A stretch of DNA of 64,000 bases from Dehalococcoidia bacterium (GCA_965207225.1 CBDBLV010000003.1:96001-160000); one strand, 5' to 3'. Shown: positions 42,102 through 52,635, counted from the stretch's first letter. Made by a program: numbers and translations. The notes: generated by a model not told the origin, from the sequence alone.

Positions 42102-43091
42102 ATGGCCATCTCCATCGCTAGACCCTCCCGACTCCGCCTCCGACGCCCCAGCGCCGAGGCTTTCGTCTGGCTCCTGACCGTCACCCTCCTTATCACCGGC
42201 TCCCTCACCCCCGACCCCAACCCCGACATGCTCCGAAACGTCGGCTGGGGCATCCTCAAGATCCTGCCCGTTCTTGCCATCGCCTCCCTTCTCGCTGGCG
42301 CCTTGACTCTCGGCAACTGGGCCGACCGGGCCCTTTCCTTGCTCAAAGGCGGGACCCTGCGTTCCATATTTATCGCCAGCTTGATCGGCGCAATCACCCC
42401 TGTATGCGGCCTTGGCGTCCTGCCCCTCATCGCCTCCCTTCTCCGCCGCGGCGTACCCCTGGCCCCCATCATGGCCTTCTGGGTCTCTTCTCCCGTCACC
42501 GACCCCAGCATGATGCTCGTCACCGGCGGCATCATCGGCGCCGACTTCGCCATTGCCAAGACCGTCGCCGCCTTTTTCATTGGCCTGTTCGCCGGCCTCG
42601 TCACAGCAGCCATACCCGGTTTCCGAGGCTCGGTCCAGGACATGATGCGCACCGACGCCCTCGAAAATTGCGGTACCTGCGAACCCGACCGCTCCCGCTT
42701 CTGGCCCGAGGTCATTGCCAACTCCCGACTCGCCCTCCGCTGGCTCTCCCTCGCCCTCGTCCTGGAGGTCTTCCTGCAGCGCCTCGTCCCCGACGAATGG
42801 ATCATGTCCCTCTTCGGCGCCGACGCCGGGGCCTCCGTCCCCCTTGCCGTCGTAGTCGGCGCCCCCATGTACCTCGACGGCTACGCCTCCCTCCCACTCG
42901 TCCGCGGCCTCCTCGAAATGGGCATGAGCTTCGGTGCGGCCCTCGCCCTCATGGTCTCCGGCGCAGCCATCAGCCTCTACGCCGCCGTCGCCGTAGTCTC
43001 CGTAGTCCGCACCCGCGTCTTCGCCCTCTACGTCATCCTCGCCCTAATCGGCGCAACAATGGTCGGCTACGCCGCCAACCTCGTCGTCTAA
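42102..43091 (+). CDS. DUF318/ArsP-type permease
   Basis: GAITPVCGLGVLP, MAFWVSSP, GAPMY; about 8 TM. Confidence 0.85.
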   Translation: MAISIARPSRLRLRRPSAEAFVWLLTVTLLITGSLTPDPNPDMLRNVGWGILKILPVLAIASLLAGALTLGNWADRALSLLKGGTLRSIFIASLIGAITPVCGLGVLPLIASLLRRGVPLAPIMAFWVSSPVTDPSMMLVTGGIIGADFAIAKTVAAFFIGLFAGLVTAAIPGFRGSVQDMMRTDALENCGTCEPDRSRFWPEVIANSRLALRWLSLALVLEVFLQRLVPDEWIMSLFGADAGASVPLAVVVGAPMYLDGYASLPLVRGLLEMGMSFGAALALMVSGAAISLYAAVAVVSVVRTRVFALYVILALIGATMVGYAANLVV

Positions 43092-43107
43092 CCACCCTTC
43101 TCCTCCC

Positions 43108-43140
43108 CGTCATTCCCGACTCCTCGGGAATCCATCCCTC
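43108..43140. repeat. REP-like palindrome CGTCATTCC-hairpin-GGAATCCATCCC
   Basis: Second copy at 63194-63227. Confidence 0.7.
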
Positions 43141-43303
43141 CGAAACAACCACCCTTCACCCCTCCCAACCCTCACCACCCTCCCCCCTTGATAAAGACAT
43201 ATCAAAAATGCAGTGCATTTTTTGTGTGTCAATATAACAGGGCGGGTGGGTGGGAACTGATTAACTCCCGGGTGGTCGGGGGTATCCCCTCCCCCCACCA
43301 CCA

Positions 43304-43440
43304 AACTAGAGGGATGCACCTGCGCCCTAGCGCCGGTGCATCCCTCTGTTTTTCCCTCCCTCTTAGGACCCGACCCCTAAGGGAGAGGGGGATCAGGGGG
43401 TGAGGCTTCCCCCGTGGGACCGGGGGCGTCCCCCCTTCAA
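43304..43440 (+). repeat. Structured intergenic repeat copy 1
   Basis: AACTAGAGG-hairpin-CCTCTGTT..CCCTAAG..GGAGAGGGGGA..GGGGGTGAGG; also at 45164 and 45945. Confidence 0.75.
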
Positions 43441-43549
43441 CAAATCAAATCCTGTACCTCAGATACCATGTCCCGTAATGACCGGATGACGCCTGAAATT
43501 ATTCAAGCTCGTCAGGTTCGGGGCACGGGCTCGTACGGTCGGATCTCCA

Positions 43550-44968
43550 TCAGGGCTCGAGTCGGGTGTGCCAGACGAACTCATGCTCGGGTAGCAACTC
43601 CGGGTGGAACGCGCTGACTAAGTCTCGCAACAGGATGTCCACGCGGAAGCTCTGCCCGGTCGCGAAGATGTCGGTCCCGCGGGCGAACTGATGGATGGCT
43701 TGCCCCTCGCTCAGCGCCTTAAATGAGGCGTTGAGCGGCTGGTAGGAGAGGGAGCCGGCTACGGTATCACCCAACCGGGTGTCCGCGAAGTAGGTTGTGT
43801 CGATCCAGATGTCGGCGTCCGCGGCCAGATCGATTACTCGTTCCAGCGATAGCGGCGAGTTCAGCGGTACGTCAGTGATCTCGCGCTGCAGGATCGGGAT
43901 TCCACCGGCATCTTCGATCAGCCGGATATCGATCCGGTTGGCTGGCTTAGTCGCCCAGAGGCCCTGCCTGTTGATCGCACCGAAGAGCACGGTCGGCGCC
44001 TCCGTCGCGGAGTCGGCGACCTGTTGTCGGAGGGCCTGGTAGTTCGCAATCACCGGCTCGAGTACCTCGTTCGCCCGTGCTTCAGCGTTGAAGAAGAGCG
44101 ACACGAACTTGATCTCCTCGGCGCTGCCAAGCGGCGGCTCCCAGAAGGAGTTGTAGGCGACGCCGTTGAGGCCCAACTCCCGGGCCTGATCGGTCAGGTC
44201 ATAGCTGAACGCCACGTGAAAGAGCTCCGGCGCAGCCTCCAGGATGGGTTCGAAGCTGTTCGACGCACGCGCGGGGATGGCTAGCCCGTCTTCGAAGCGG
44301 CGGTTGATGTTCGGCAGGTACTCGAGCCCGGCGGCCCGAACGTTCGCACCGAGCACGGTGTCGGAGAGGCCAAGGGTCTCGAGGGCCACGAACCACCCGC
44401 TGCCGGAGGCGGTCCAGAAGGTGCCTGCCGGGATCGGGATGACGTGCGCGCCTGCGAGATCACCGGAGAGGTCAGGTGTTGGCGCACCGCATTGGACAAG
44501 GACGTACGTATCCTGCCTGGCGTTCTGGACGTAGGGGACGGGTTCGATCGTGAGGACCTTGTAGTGCCCTTGGTAGCGCACACTCCATCCCTCGGCGTAG
44601 ATCGCCTCGACCTTGTCCGGGAAGTAGTCAACACCCGGCTGGAAGTCGCTCAAGCAATCCCGGGGATTGCTGGTGATGGGCGGAGCAGTCGGCGTCGCAG
44701 TTGGGACCGCAGTGGGCGGAGTAGCCGGAATCGTGGTTGGGATCGCTGTGGGCGGAGTCGTCGGAATCGTAGTCGGGACCACTGCGGGCGCAGTAGTCGG
44801 CGTCGCAGTTGGGATCGCTGTGGGCGCAGTCGTCGGAATCGCAGTTGGGACCGCTGTGGGCGCAGTAGTCGGCGTCGGCTCTGAGTCACTGCAAGCCACA
44901 GCGATGCACAAGATCGCTAAAGCCAGCAGCCAAATCGCACCTCTGCGGATTGAAAATTCCTTCAGCAT
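43550..44968 (-). CDS. Lipoprotein iron-siderophore/B12-type substrate-binding protein with Thr/Pro linker
   Basis: Lipobox AVAC; PTAVPTATPT repeats; DYFPDKVEA, YVLVQCG, PLGSAEEIKFVSLFFN as in 14828-17371. Confidence 0.88.
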   Translation of the reverse strand: MLKEFSIRRGAIWLLALAILCIAVACSDSEPTPTTAPTAVPTAIPTTAPTAIPTATPTTAPAVVPTTIPTTPPTAIPTTIPATPPTAVPTATPTAPPITSNPRDCLSDFQPGVDYFPDKVEAIYAEGWSVRYQGHYKVLTIEPVPYVQNARQDTYVLVQCGAPTPDLSGDLAGAHVIPIPAGTFWTASGSGWFVALETLGLSDTVLGANVRAAGLEYLPNINRRFEDGLAIPARASNSFEPILEAAPELFHVAFSYDLTDQARELGLNGVAYNSFWEPPLGSAEEIKFVSLFFNAEARANEVLEPVIANYQALRQQVADSATEAPTVLFGAINRQGLWATKPANRIDIRLIEDAGGIPILQREITDVPLNSPLSLERVIDLAADADIWIDTTYFADTRLGDTVAGSLSYQPLNASFKALSEGQAIHQFARGTDIFATGQSFRVDILLRDLVSAFHPELLPEHEFVWHTRLEP

Positions 44969-44987
44969 CAAGTCCTCCAAAGTTATC

Positions 44988-45006
44988 GATATTTATTATC
45001 ATTACT
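44988..45006 (-). promoter_or_regulatory. Fur-family box
   Basis: AGTAATGATAATAAATATC matches 15/19 of GATAATGATAATCATTATC, just upstream of the RBS. Confidence 0.65.
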
Positions 45007-45163
45007 CTAATGATATTAGCACTTATTGTATTGTATTAGGTATCCAAAGTCCATTGATATAGTGTATCTATTAATGATACTTCCTCTCTTTACAGTTCTT
45101 CGCTTCAATAAATCACAGTTCAGACAAACTCCCCCCCACCCATCCCCCTCCTCCCTAGTACTG

Positions 45164-45326
45164 AACTAGAGGCCGACGTGGGTGCGATGCGCCCACGTCG
45201 GCCTCTGTTCTTCTCTCCCCCTCTCCCTTAAAGACCCTAAGAGCCTGCCCCGAGTCCCTCGAGAGGGAGAGGGGGACCAAGGGGGTGAGGGTTCCCCTGG
45301 GGCCCCGGGGGGATATTCCCCCTCAA
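45164..45326 (+). repeat. Structured intergenic repeat copy 2
   Basis: Same architecture as 43304-43440. Confidence 0.75.
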
Positions 45327-45944
45327 AGCCGCACATTTGCTCTTGACACACCTGTCCGACCGTACTATCATATCCTGCGTTCGAACAAATATCTGATAAT
45401 CCAAGGAGGAACCACAACCCCTAGGGAAGCCCCGAGACCCGACCCAGGGGGCTCAACGCCCGGCCCACCCCAAAGGCCCTCGCGCAGGCCCGAGGCCCAA
45501 GCCAGAGACGTTGTCCCCTCACCACCGGGCCCCGTGCCCCTTCCCTACCTTACCCATCCAGGCGATGGAAGGTCCACAACATTAAGCGGCACGCTCCTCA
45601 TATAGGACCCTGCCGAAAAACCTCGGGCTATTACGCCCTTGGAAAAATCTCCCCCGTCGTTCCCCTCGGAGATTCCCCTTAACCCAGCGACGGCAGTGAG
45701 AAAACGTGTTCCCCGCCCCTCCGAGTGGGTCGAGCCAAACTGAAAAACTGGTGGTAGAGACGCCCTCTGGCGAGAACTCCTCGCTTGTCTGCCACGTCAC
45801 AACAGAAACACGGGGCTGAACCAGGCTGGCCTCCCGCCCCCTGAAACTGAGTCCCGGACCTTCCATCGCCGACCCAAAACCCAACAAACACAATGCAAAC
45901 CCAGACCCCACATCCGCATAACTCCTTCCTCCTCTCCAGTATTG

Positions 45945-46055
45945 AACTAGAGGCAGAGGTTGGCGCTGAAGCGCCCACCTCTGCCTCTGTTCTTCTCTCC
46001 CCCTCTCCCTTGAAGGCCCTAAGGGAGAGGGGGATCGAGGGGGAGAGGGTTTCCC
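45945..46055 (+). repeat. Structured intergenic repeat copy 3
   Basis: Same architecture as 43304-43440. Confidence 0.75.
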
Positions 46056-46226
46056 TCCGTTTTTCCCTTTAGGCGTCATTCAATCAAAACAGCTACGAGT
46101 TCAATCAACGTTCAATCAATGTTCAATCAAAACTTCACCCCCCACCGATGCCCTTGACACTCGTTTCCCCTGACAATAACCTTGCCCCACACTTACACGC
46201 ATAACGACGCCCAGGAGCAACTAATC

Positions 46227-47435
46227 ATGCCCATGGTCCTTGAAGGTTTAACCGTCATCGAGCTGTCCACCGGTCAGCAGGGGCCCGTGGCCGGCGCCCT
46301 CCTCGCCGACATGGGCGCCGACGTCATCAAGATCGAGGACAAGGACCACGGCGACCCCGGCCGCAGCGTCCGCACCGAGACCCCCGGACAGGAGCCCTTC
46401 CCCCTCTCCTATTACTTCGAGAACAACAACCGCAACAAGCGCGGCGTCGCCATCGACTACTCCGGCGATGCGGGCATCGAAGTCCTTCGCAAGCTCGTCT
46501 CCAACGCCGACATCTTCCTGTCCAACTTCCCCATAGCCACCCTCGCCGAAATGGGCCTCGACTATCCAAGGCTCTCCGCCGCCAACGAAAAGCTCATCTA
46601 CGCCGTCGCCACCGGCATGGGCCCCACCGGCCCCGACCGCGACAAACCCTTCAATGACATCACAGCCCAGCTTTACGGAGGTATTCAGAGCCACGGCAAC
46701 AGCGACGGCCCCGTCCCCTTCTGGGGCGGCATGGCCAACCAGGAGGACGCCATCCTTCTCGCCTTCGGTATCGTCAACGCCCTCATCGCCCGTGAACGCC
46801 ACGGCGTCGGCCAGGAGGTCTACTCGGCGCTCCTGGGCAGCCAGATTAACTGGGCTGCCCTCAACGTTCAGAGCAACATCTTCAACAAGCGGGAGCCCTG
46901 GGGCATGAAGCGGGAGGCCCCCCTCAGCCCCTTCTGGAACTACTACCAGACCAGGGATGACAGGTGGCTGTGCCTCGGCTTCCTGCAGGAGAATCGCGAC
47001 TGGCACACCCTCTGTCAGGTCCTGGAACGTGAAGACCTGGAGTTCGACCCTCGCTTCGACTCCAATCCCAAGCGCACCAAGATTAACAACCAGGTCCTCA
47101 TCCCCATCATGCGGGAGTGCTTCCTCCAGAAGACCCTCGATGAGTGGGTCGAGATACTGGGCAGGCACGACCTCGGCTGGTCCATTCTCAACGACTACGA
47201 AATGCTCACCGAAGACCCCCAGGTAGTCGCCAATGACTATGTTGTAGACTTTGATCATCCCAAGGTTGGGCCCGTCCAGATGGTCGGTATTCCCGTCCGG
47301 CTTAAGAAGACCCCCGGCTCCCTGCGTTCCCCGGCCCCCGAGCTCGGGGAACACACCGACGAAGTCCTTGGCGCAATAGGTGGTTTTGACGACCAGGCCC
47401 TGCAAGACCTGAGAGACCGGGGCGTCATCAACTAG
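46227..47435 (+). CDS. Class III CoA-transferase (Asn at the catalytic Asp position)
   Basis: ADMGADVIKIE, NNRNKRG, APELGEHT; GGMANQ. Confidence 0.9.
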   Translation: MPMVLEGLTVIELSTGQQGPVAGALLADMGADVIKIEDKDHGDPGRSVRTETPGQEPFPLSYYFENNNRNKRGVAIDYSGDAGIEVLRKLVSNADIFLSNFPIATLAEMGLDYPRLSAANEKLIYAVATGMGPTGPDRDKPFNDITAQLYGGIQSHGNSDGPVPFWGGMANQEDAILLAFGIVNALIARERHGVGQEVYSALLGSQINWAALNVQSNIFNKREPWGMKREAPLSPFWNYYQTRDDRWLCLGFLQENRDWHTLCQVLEREDLEFDPRFDSNPKRTKINNQVLIPIMRECFLQKTLDEWVEILGRHDLGWSILNDYEMLTEDPQVVANDYVVDFDHPKVGPVQMVGIPVRLKKTPGSLRSPAPELGEHTDEVLGAIGGFDDQALQDLRDRGVIN

Positions 47436-47451
47436 CGAGGAGGAGCGGAAA

Positions 47452-48666
47452 ATGGTAATGGCACTGGAAGGCATCCGCGTGGTCGATATGACCGTCTGGC
47501 ATCACGGCCCCGGCGGCGGCACTTTCCTCGCCGACATGGGCGCCGAGGTCATCAAGGTCGAAGAACGCCTCTCAGGCGACCCAGGCAGGCACGGCGGCTC
47601 CCTCGGCGGCGTCGAGAACGAGTACGGCCTCTCATACTATTTCGAGAACAACAACCGCGACAAGAAGAGCTTGGCCATCAACCTCAAGACCGAAAGGGGC
47701 CACGAGGTCATCACCCGGCTCCTCAAGAAGTCCGACATCTTCCTCTCCAACATGCGCAAGAGCGGCCTCGGGCGGCTGGGCCTCAGCTATGAAGAGGTCA
47801 AGGAGATCAACCCCGACATCATATACGCCCACGGCTCGGGCCAGGGCGACCAGGGCCCCCTGCTGAACCGTCAGTCCAACGACATCATCGGCCAGTTCTG
47901 GGGCGGCTACGTCAGCTACGGCTCCGCCGAGGGCCCCATGTCCATCTGGTCCGACTTCGCCGACCGGGGCGGTGCGGTCATGCTCGCCTACGGCGCTGCC
48001 CTCGCCCTCCTCGGCAGGGAGCGGCACGGCATCTCCCAGGAGGTCAACACCTCCCTGCTCGGAGGCCAGGTGCACTTGGGCGCGATCAACTTCCAGCAGC
48101 AGCTCTTCGAAGGCAAGGCCGTCAGCCCCCTCTCCAACGGCGACGGCCACCTCTCCAACCCCTTCTACAACATCTACCAGGACAGGGATGGCGCCTGGCT
48201 CTGCATCGGCGCCGAGGGCACCGACGAAGACTGGGGCGCCCTTTGTGAAGTTCTCGGCACCCCCGGCCTGGAATCCGACCCCCGCTTCGACTCCCAGGCC
48301 AAGCGCACCAACGGCAGCGGCCCCGCCCTCTACGAGTTAATCCGGGACCGCTTCGCCCAAGAGACCATCGACCACTGGCGGTCCGCCCTCGACTCGACCT
48401 CCATCCCCTGGGCGCCCCTCCGCAACTACAATGAAGTCCTCAGCGATCCCCACGTCCTGGAGAACGAGTTCGTCGCAGACCTTGAACACCCTAATAAGGG
48501 CACACTCAAGTACGTCGGGCTTCCGGTGAGGCTCAGCAAGACCCCCGGCAAGCTCCGAATGCCCGCCCCCGACCTCGGCCAGCACACCGAGGAGATCCTC
48601 ACAGAGATCTGTGACTACTCCTGGGACGAGGTCATAGAAATGAAAATCGCCGAGGTGGTCAACTAA
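47452..48666 (+). CDS. Class III CoA-transferase
   Basis: ADMGAEVIKVE, NNRDKKS, SDFADRGG, APDLGQHT. Confidence 0.92.
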   Translation: MVMALEGIRVVDMTVWHHGPGGGTFLADMGAEVIKVEERLSGDPGRHGGSLGGVENEYGLSYYFENNNRDKKSLAINLKTERGHEVITRLLKKSDIFLSNMRKSGLGRLGLSYEEVKEINPDIIYAHGSGQGDQGPLLNRQSNDIIGQFWGGYVSYGSAEGPMSIWSDFADRGGAVMLAYGAALALLGRERHGISQEVNTSLLGGQVHLGAINFQQQLFEGKAVSPLSNGDGHLSNPFYNIYQDRDGAWLCIGAEGTDEDWGALCEVLGTPGLESDPRFDSQAKRTNGSGPALYELIRDRFAQETIDHWRSALDSTSIPWAPLRNYNEVLSDPHVLENEFVADLEHPNKGTLKYVGLPVRLSKTPGKLRMPAPDLGQHTEEILTEICDYSWDEVIEMKIAEVVN

Positions 48667-48691
48667 CCCGACGCAAAATCCCGAATGTGTG

Positions 48692-48733
48692 AACTGGGGT
48701 GAGGTCTTGATATGACCTCACCCCAGTTTTTTT
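48692..48733 (+). terminator. Rho-independent terminator
   Basis: AACTGGGGTGAGGTC-ttgatat-GACCTCACCCCAGTT followed by a T run. Confidence 0.9.
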
Positions 48734-48774
48734 GCGCCAAAACCGTCCCATGCCACCGAGGCTATAATCCCCTC

Positions 48775-49800
48775 ATGCGCTACCCCTGGGCCAACATCCT
48801 CCTCCTCATCTTCATCCTCGCCGACATGGTCTCCGGCTTCTTCGGCCTTATCTCCGGCTCCGAGGACCGTGCCATCTACATCCAGCTCCATCGTGTCTCA
48901 GGTTACGGCATTCTCGCCGTCCTGGCCTGGAAAGTGGCCAACATCATCCGCTCCTTCAAGTGGCCCAAGAAAAAGCCGGTCCGCATCGCCTCCCTTGCCC
49001 TCGCAGTTGTCCTCGTCGTCACCCTTGTCCTTGGATTCGTCTGGTCCATCTTCGGCGACTTCAGCTGGTGGATGTTCAGCGGCGTCAGCTGGCACATCTA
49101 CGCGGGCGTAGTCTTGCTGCCAATACTCCTCTGGCATGCCTGGTACATGTTCCGAGGCCCGCCCATCTCCTTCTGGGCCGAGCGTCGGTCAGTCCTTAGG
49201 GTCGGTGGTATTGCCATAGCTGGGTTCCTCGCATGGCAGCTCACTGAGGCCGTCGCCCGCGCCGCCCCCCTCCCCGGCTCCACCCGGCGCTTCACAGGCT
49301 CCTACGAAAAAGGCAGCTTCGCCGGCAACGACTACCCGGTCGTATCCTGGCTAAACGACAGGCCTGCACCCATCAACGTAGAAGATTGGTCACTGAAGGT
49401 CTCAGGTGAAGTGGAAAGAGAGCTAACCCTGACTTTTGACGACCTCACCCAACTCTCCGAGAAAACCGCCACCATCGACTGCACCGGCGGCTGGTTCTCA
49501 AAGCAGCGCTGGGAAGGCGTCCCCCTCGCCCGAGTCCTGCATGAGGCCCGTCCCTCCGAGACCACCCGCAGCGTCCTCGTTCGCTCAGTCACTGGATACT
49601 ACAGGCGCTTCCCTCTCGACGACGCCCAGGACTTCCTGCTCGCCACTCATGTCACCGGCCAGCGGTTGTCCCACGGCCACGGATTCCCCGTTCGCCTGGT
49701 CGCCCCCGACCGGCGCGGCTTCGAATGGGTCAAGTGGGTCACGGAAATCGAAATCACCGAGACCCCGTCCTGGTGGCAACCACCCCTCCCCACCCAATAA
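48775..49800 (+). CDS. Sulfite-oxidase-family molybdopterin protein with N-terminal His-containing membrane domain
   Basis: IDCTGGW, WEGVPL, HGFPVRLVAP, WVKWV; about 5 TM helices. Confidence 0.88.
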   Translation: MRYPWANILLLIFILADMVSGFFGLISGSEDRAIYIQLHRVSGYGILAVLAWKVANIIRSFKWPKKKPVRIASLALAVVLVVTLVLGFVWSIFGDFSWWMFSGVSWHIYAGVVLLPILLWHAWYMFRGPPISFWAERRSVLRVGGIAIAGFLAWQLTEAVARAAPLPGSTRRFTGSYEKGSFAGNDYPVVSWLNDRPAPINVEDWSLKVSGEVERELTLTFDDLTQLSEKTATIDCTGGWFSKQRWEGVPLARVLHEARPSETTRSVLVRSVTGYYRRFPLDDAQDFLLATHVTGQRLSHGHGFPVRLVAPDRRGFEWVKWVTEIEITETPSWWQPPLPTQ

Positions 49801-49851
49801 TATCGGCCTCTCCGTTCGCGTGAACAGTGCCACTCAGGAGCGTGGTAAAGC

Positions 49852-50949
49852 TCAAGTCAGCAGCCGTGTCAGGTTCCCCCCGAGCACAAGCTCCCGGTCC
49901 CCATCAGTCATGTACGGCGTGTGGAGACGAATGAGGTCCAGGTTCTGCTGGTAAGTGCACGTCCGGTAGCACCACGGAAGGTCCGACCCCCACACCAGCT
50001 TCGGCCCGAAACGCTTGTACACCTCTTGCATGATCTGGTTGTGGCGCCGGTATGGATACAAAGCGTCGGGGCCCCAGATGCGCTGGTCTTCGTAGGCCAG
50101 CACGTACCCGACTTCCAGGTAAAACTGGCCCGTATCCAGCAGCGGAAACAGCTCGGTCGGTGTCTCTACATACTCGGGATTGGAAGGATGGAGCAGGTTC
50201 CCCCCGACGTGTGAGTCGATCACATCGAGGTCCGGGTACCGGTCCAGCACAGCCTTGAGACCCCTGAGCTGTTCCAGATACTGCGCCCTGGAGTGGAACC
50301 CCGTATTCACGTAAGCCGGAACACCGAGACGGATAGCCTCTCGCCAAAGACGGTCGCACCGAGGGTCGTCCAGAGGGTCTGGAATAGCCTCCCCTCCGAG
50401 GAACAACGCCCGGAACCCGTAATCTTCCACAGCGTGGGTCAGGTTCGCTATCTGGCCCTGCAGAAACTCATCCGACCGGGAAAGCCGATAGTCCACCGCC
50501 GCCGTTGCAAAGAACCGGTCGGGCCGAGTCCTAACGGCATCCAGGAAAAAGCCCTCACGGCCGGTGTCGAACTCAACATAGTCAAAATCAGCCTGGATAA
50601 CGGCCATGTCCACGCCTGCGGCATCCATGTGAGCAATAATCTGCTCGGGGGTGGACTCCATTCGGTCCATGAAGGCCGGCCCGCGTTGCAGCCAGCAGCC
50701 CTCGCCGTGCTTACGCCAGTAGTACCGGCCATGCCTCCCGACAGTAAACCCTACGTCCTCCCCGGGCTCGGGTATGAACTTGGGATCGGTATGACTGGAG
50801 ACCATGCGTCCCCAAAAGTTGGCTACGCTATTTTGTAACTGTGCGACATGATTCGCTGGGTCGGGCCCGACTTCCGGACCGCCCTGGTCGGGGAAAATAT
50901 GAATATGGTTGTCGATAATCATCTCCGCCCCTTCAGACAGACTATTCAT
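49852..50949 (-). CDS. Amidohydrolase_2-family protein
   Basis: IIDNHIHIF, SHVGG, LVWGSDLPW, LGGNL. Confidence 0.85.
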   Translation of the reverse strand: MNSLSEGAEMIIDNHIHIFPDQGGPEVGPDPANHVAQLQNSVANFWGRMVSSHTDPKFIPEPGEDVGFTVGRHGRYYWRKHGEGCWLQRGPAFMDRMESTPEQIIAHMDAAGVDMAVIQADFDYVEFDTGREGFFLDAVRTRPDRFFATAAVDYRLSRSDEFLQGQIANLTHAVEDYGFRALFLGGEAIPDPLDDPRCDRLWREAIRLGVPAYVNTGFHSRAQYLEQLRGLKAVLDRYPDLDVIDSHVGGNLLHPSNPEYVETPTELFPLLDTGQFYLEVGYVLAYEDQRIWGPDALYPYRRHNQIMQEVYKRFGPKLVWGSDLPWCYRTCTYQQNLDLIRLHTPYMTDGDRELVLGGNLTRLLT

Positions 50950-51754
50950 CCCAAAAGGCGTGAAAGTGGTTCAGAGGGCCGTGCCCTTGGCCCACCGGAT
51001 ACGCCGCTTCTATTGACGCCGACACATATTCCTTGGCTTGTGACACTGCCTTTTCAACGGAACATCCCCGGGCCAGGTGCGCCGCTATGGCCGAGGCGAA
51101 AGTACATCCCGTCCCATGCGTATTCTTCGATTTTATACGCTCAGATACGAACTCGTGTACCGCCTCTTCCGAATACAGGATGTCCTTTACGGGCCCCTCC
51201 CGATGCCCGCCCTTGATCACCACCCACTTTGTCCCCATCCCGGTTATGACCCTGGCGGCGCGTACCGCATCTTCGTCCGTCTCTATCGTCATGTCTGTCA
51301 ATGCCTCAGCTTCCGGGACGTTGGGCGTCACCACCAGCGCCCTGGGCAGCAGCCTCGACCTGTACGCATCAATCGCCTCTTCCCGAAGAAGTCGGTCTCC
51401 GCTCTTGGCCACCATTACCGGGTCCACCACCACGTTGGGCATGCCCAAGGCTTGAATCCGGTCGGCCACGGCATCGATTATCCCGCTGTGTGCCAGCATC
51501 CCCGTCTTCACCGCATCCGTCCCGATGTCCGACATCACCGTGTCTATCTGCGCAGCAACCATGTCCGCCGGTATCTCGGCTATCCCGTCTACCGACAGGG
51601 TGTTTTGTGCCGTTACCGCTGTTATCACCGAGGTCCCGTACACACCCAGGGCCGCAAAGGTCTTCAGGTCAGCCTGTATCCCCGCCCCTCCCCCCGAGTC
51701 CGAACCCGCTATCGTCATGGCCCGGGCCACCCGCTTTACTGACGAATGGCTCAT
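50942..51754 (-). CDS. thiD: Hydroxymethylpyrimidine/phosphomethylpyrimidine kinase
   Basis: [38 protein letters not shown]; ATGA overlap with the upstream cyclase. Confidence 0.95.
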   Translation of the reverse strand: MSHSSVKRVARAMTIAGSDSGGGAGIQADLKTFAALGVYGTSVITAVTAQNTLSVDGIAEIPADMVAAQIDTVMSDIGTDAVKTGMLAHSGIIDAVADRIQALGMPNVVVDPVMVAKSGDRLLREEAIDAYRSRLLPRALVVTPNVPEAEALTDMTIETDEDAVRAARVITGMGTKWVVIKGGHREGPVKDILYSEEAVHEFVSERIKSKNTHGTGCTFASAIAAHLARGCSVEKAVSQAKEYVSASIEAAYPVGQGHGPLNHFHAFWDE

Positions 51755-52623
51755 GCTATGGCTAGCGGGTTCCACGGAGAACCGGTCCCGTGTGTGATCC
51801 GCAAGGGCGTCCCGACGAACAGGAACTCGTACACCCTGTCCCGGGCCAGATCTTGAAGGTCCAGGTTCTCCAGCAGGTAGACCCCCAGGTCCCGGAGCCC
51901 GTGCCGATGCAAGGGCATCTCCACGGGGGACTCAATATTCTCGAAGAGCTCGCATGTTGGGTGGTCCGTCCCTATGGCGACCACATCGTGCTCCTTGAGC
52001 CATGCCAGCACCGAGCCGTCGGGCCCGGGAAACGACCGTGACCAGCTCTCCCTGTCGGAGTGGAACAAGTTGTACCAGCCAGTCCGCACCAGTACCACGT
52101 CCCCGGGTTTCAACTCGATTCCCTGGGCGGCAGCGACGTTATCCAGGTCGGTGGCAGTGACGGACTCGGCAGCGGCAAGGTGCTCGACGCCCTTGTAAGC
52201 CGCTATATCAAGCATGACGCCTCGCCCGAATATGTGGCGCACGTTCTCAATGCCCACGCGCTCGACTCCACGGCTGCTTGCATATTTCTCCGACGAAAAC
52301 CCGTTGTATAGCTGGCCGTCGTGCCACGAATGCCCTATCCCGTCTATGTGCGTGCCGGAATGAGTCTCCATTGCGATCACGTCGTCGATAATGTCAAGCT
52401 CGGGGCCGTACAGGTGCTGCCAATGCGACACCCGCCACGTCTTATGGAATAGAGGGAACTGCGGCCCGTCTTTCTCCAACGGGACCGCCAGGCTGTAGAT
52501 ATCCCCCTTCTTCACTAGCTTTATCGCTTCCAGCACGGACGCTTGGTTCTGGATGAGGTTCAGGACACCTATCTGGTCGTCGGGGCCCCACCGACCCCAG
52601 TTGGACAGCTTTTCATTACTCAT
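51751..52623 (-). CDS. Cyclase/kynurenine-formamidase-family metal hydrolase
   Basis: [33 protein letters not shown]. Confidence 0.9.
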   Translation of the reverse strand: MSNEKLSNWGRWGPDDQIGVLNLIQNQASVLEAIKLVKKGDIYSLAVPLEKDGPQFPLFHKTWRVSHWQHLYGPELDIIDDVIAMETHSGTHIDGIGHSWHDGQLYNGFSSEKYASSRGVERVGIENVRHIFGRGVMLDIAAYKGVEHLAAAESVTATDLDNVAAAQGIELKPGDVVLVRTGWYNLFHSDRESWSRSFPGPDGSVLAWLKEHDVVAIGTDHPTCELFENIESPVEMPLHRHGLRDLGVYLLENLDLQDLARDRVYEFLFVGTPLRITHGTGSPWNPLAIA

Positions 52624-52635
52624 GTTGTGCCCTTC

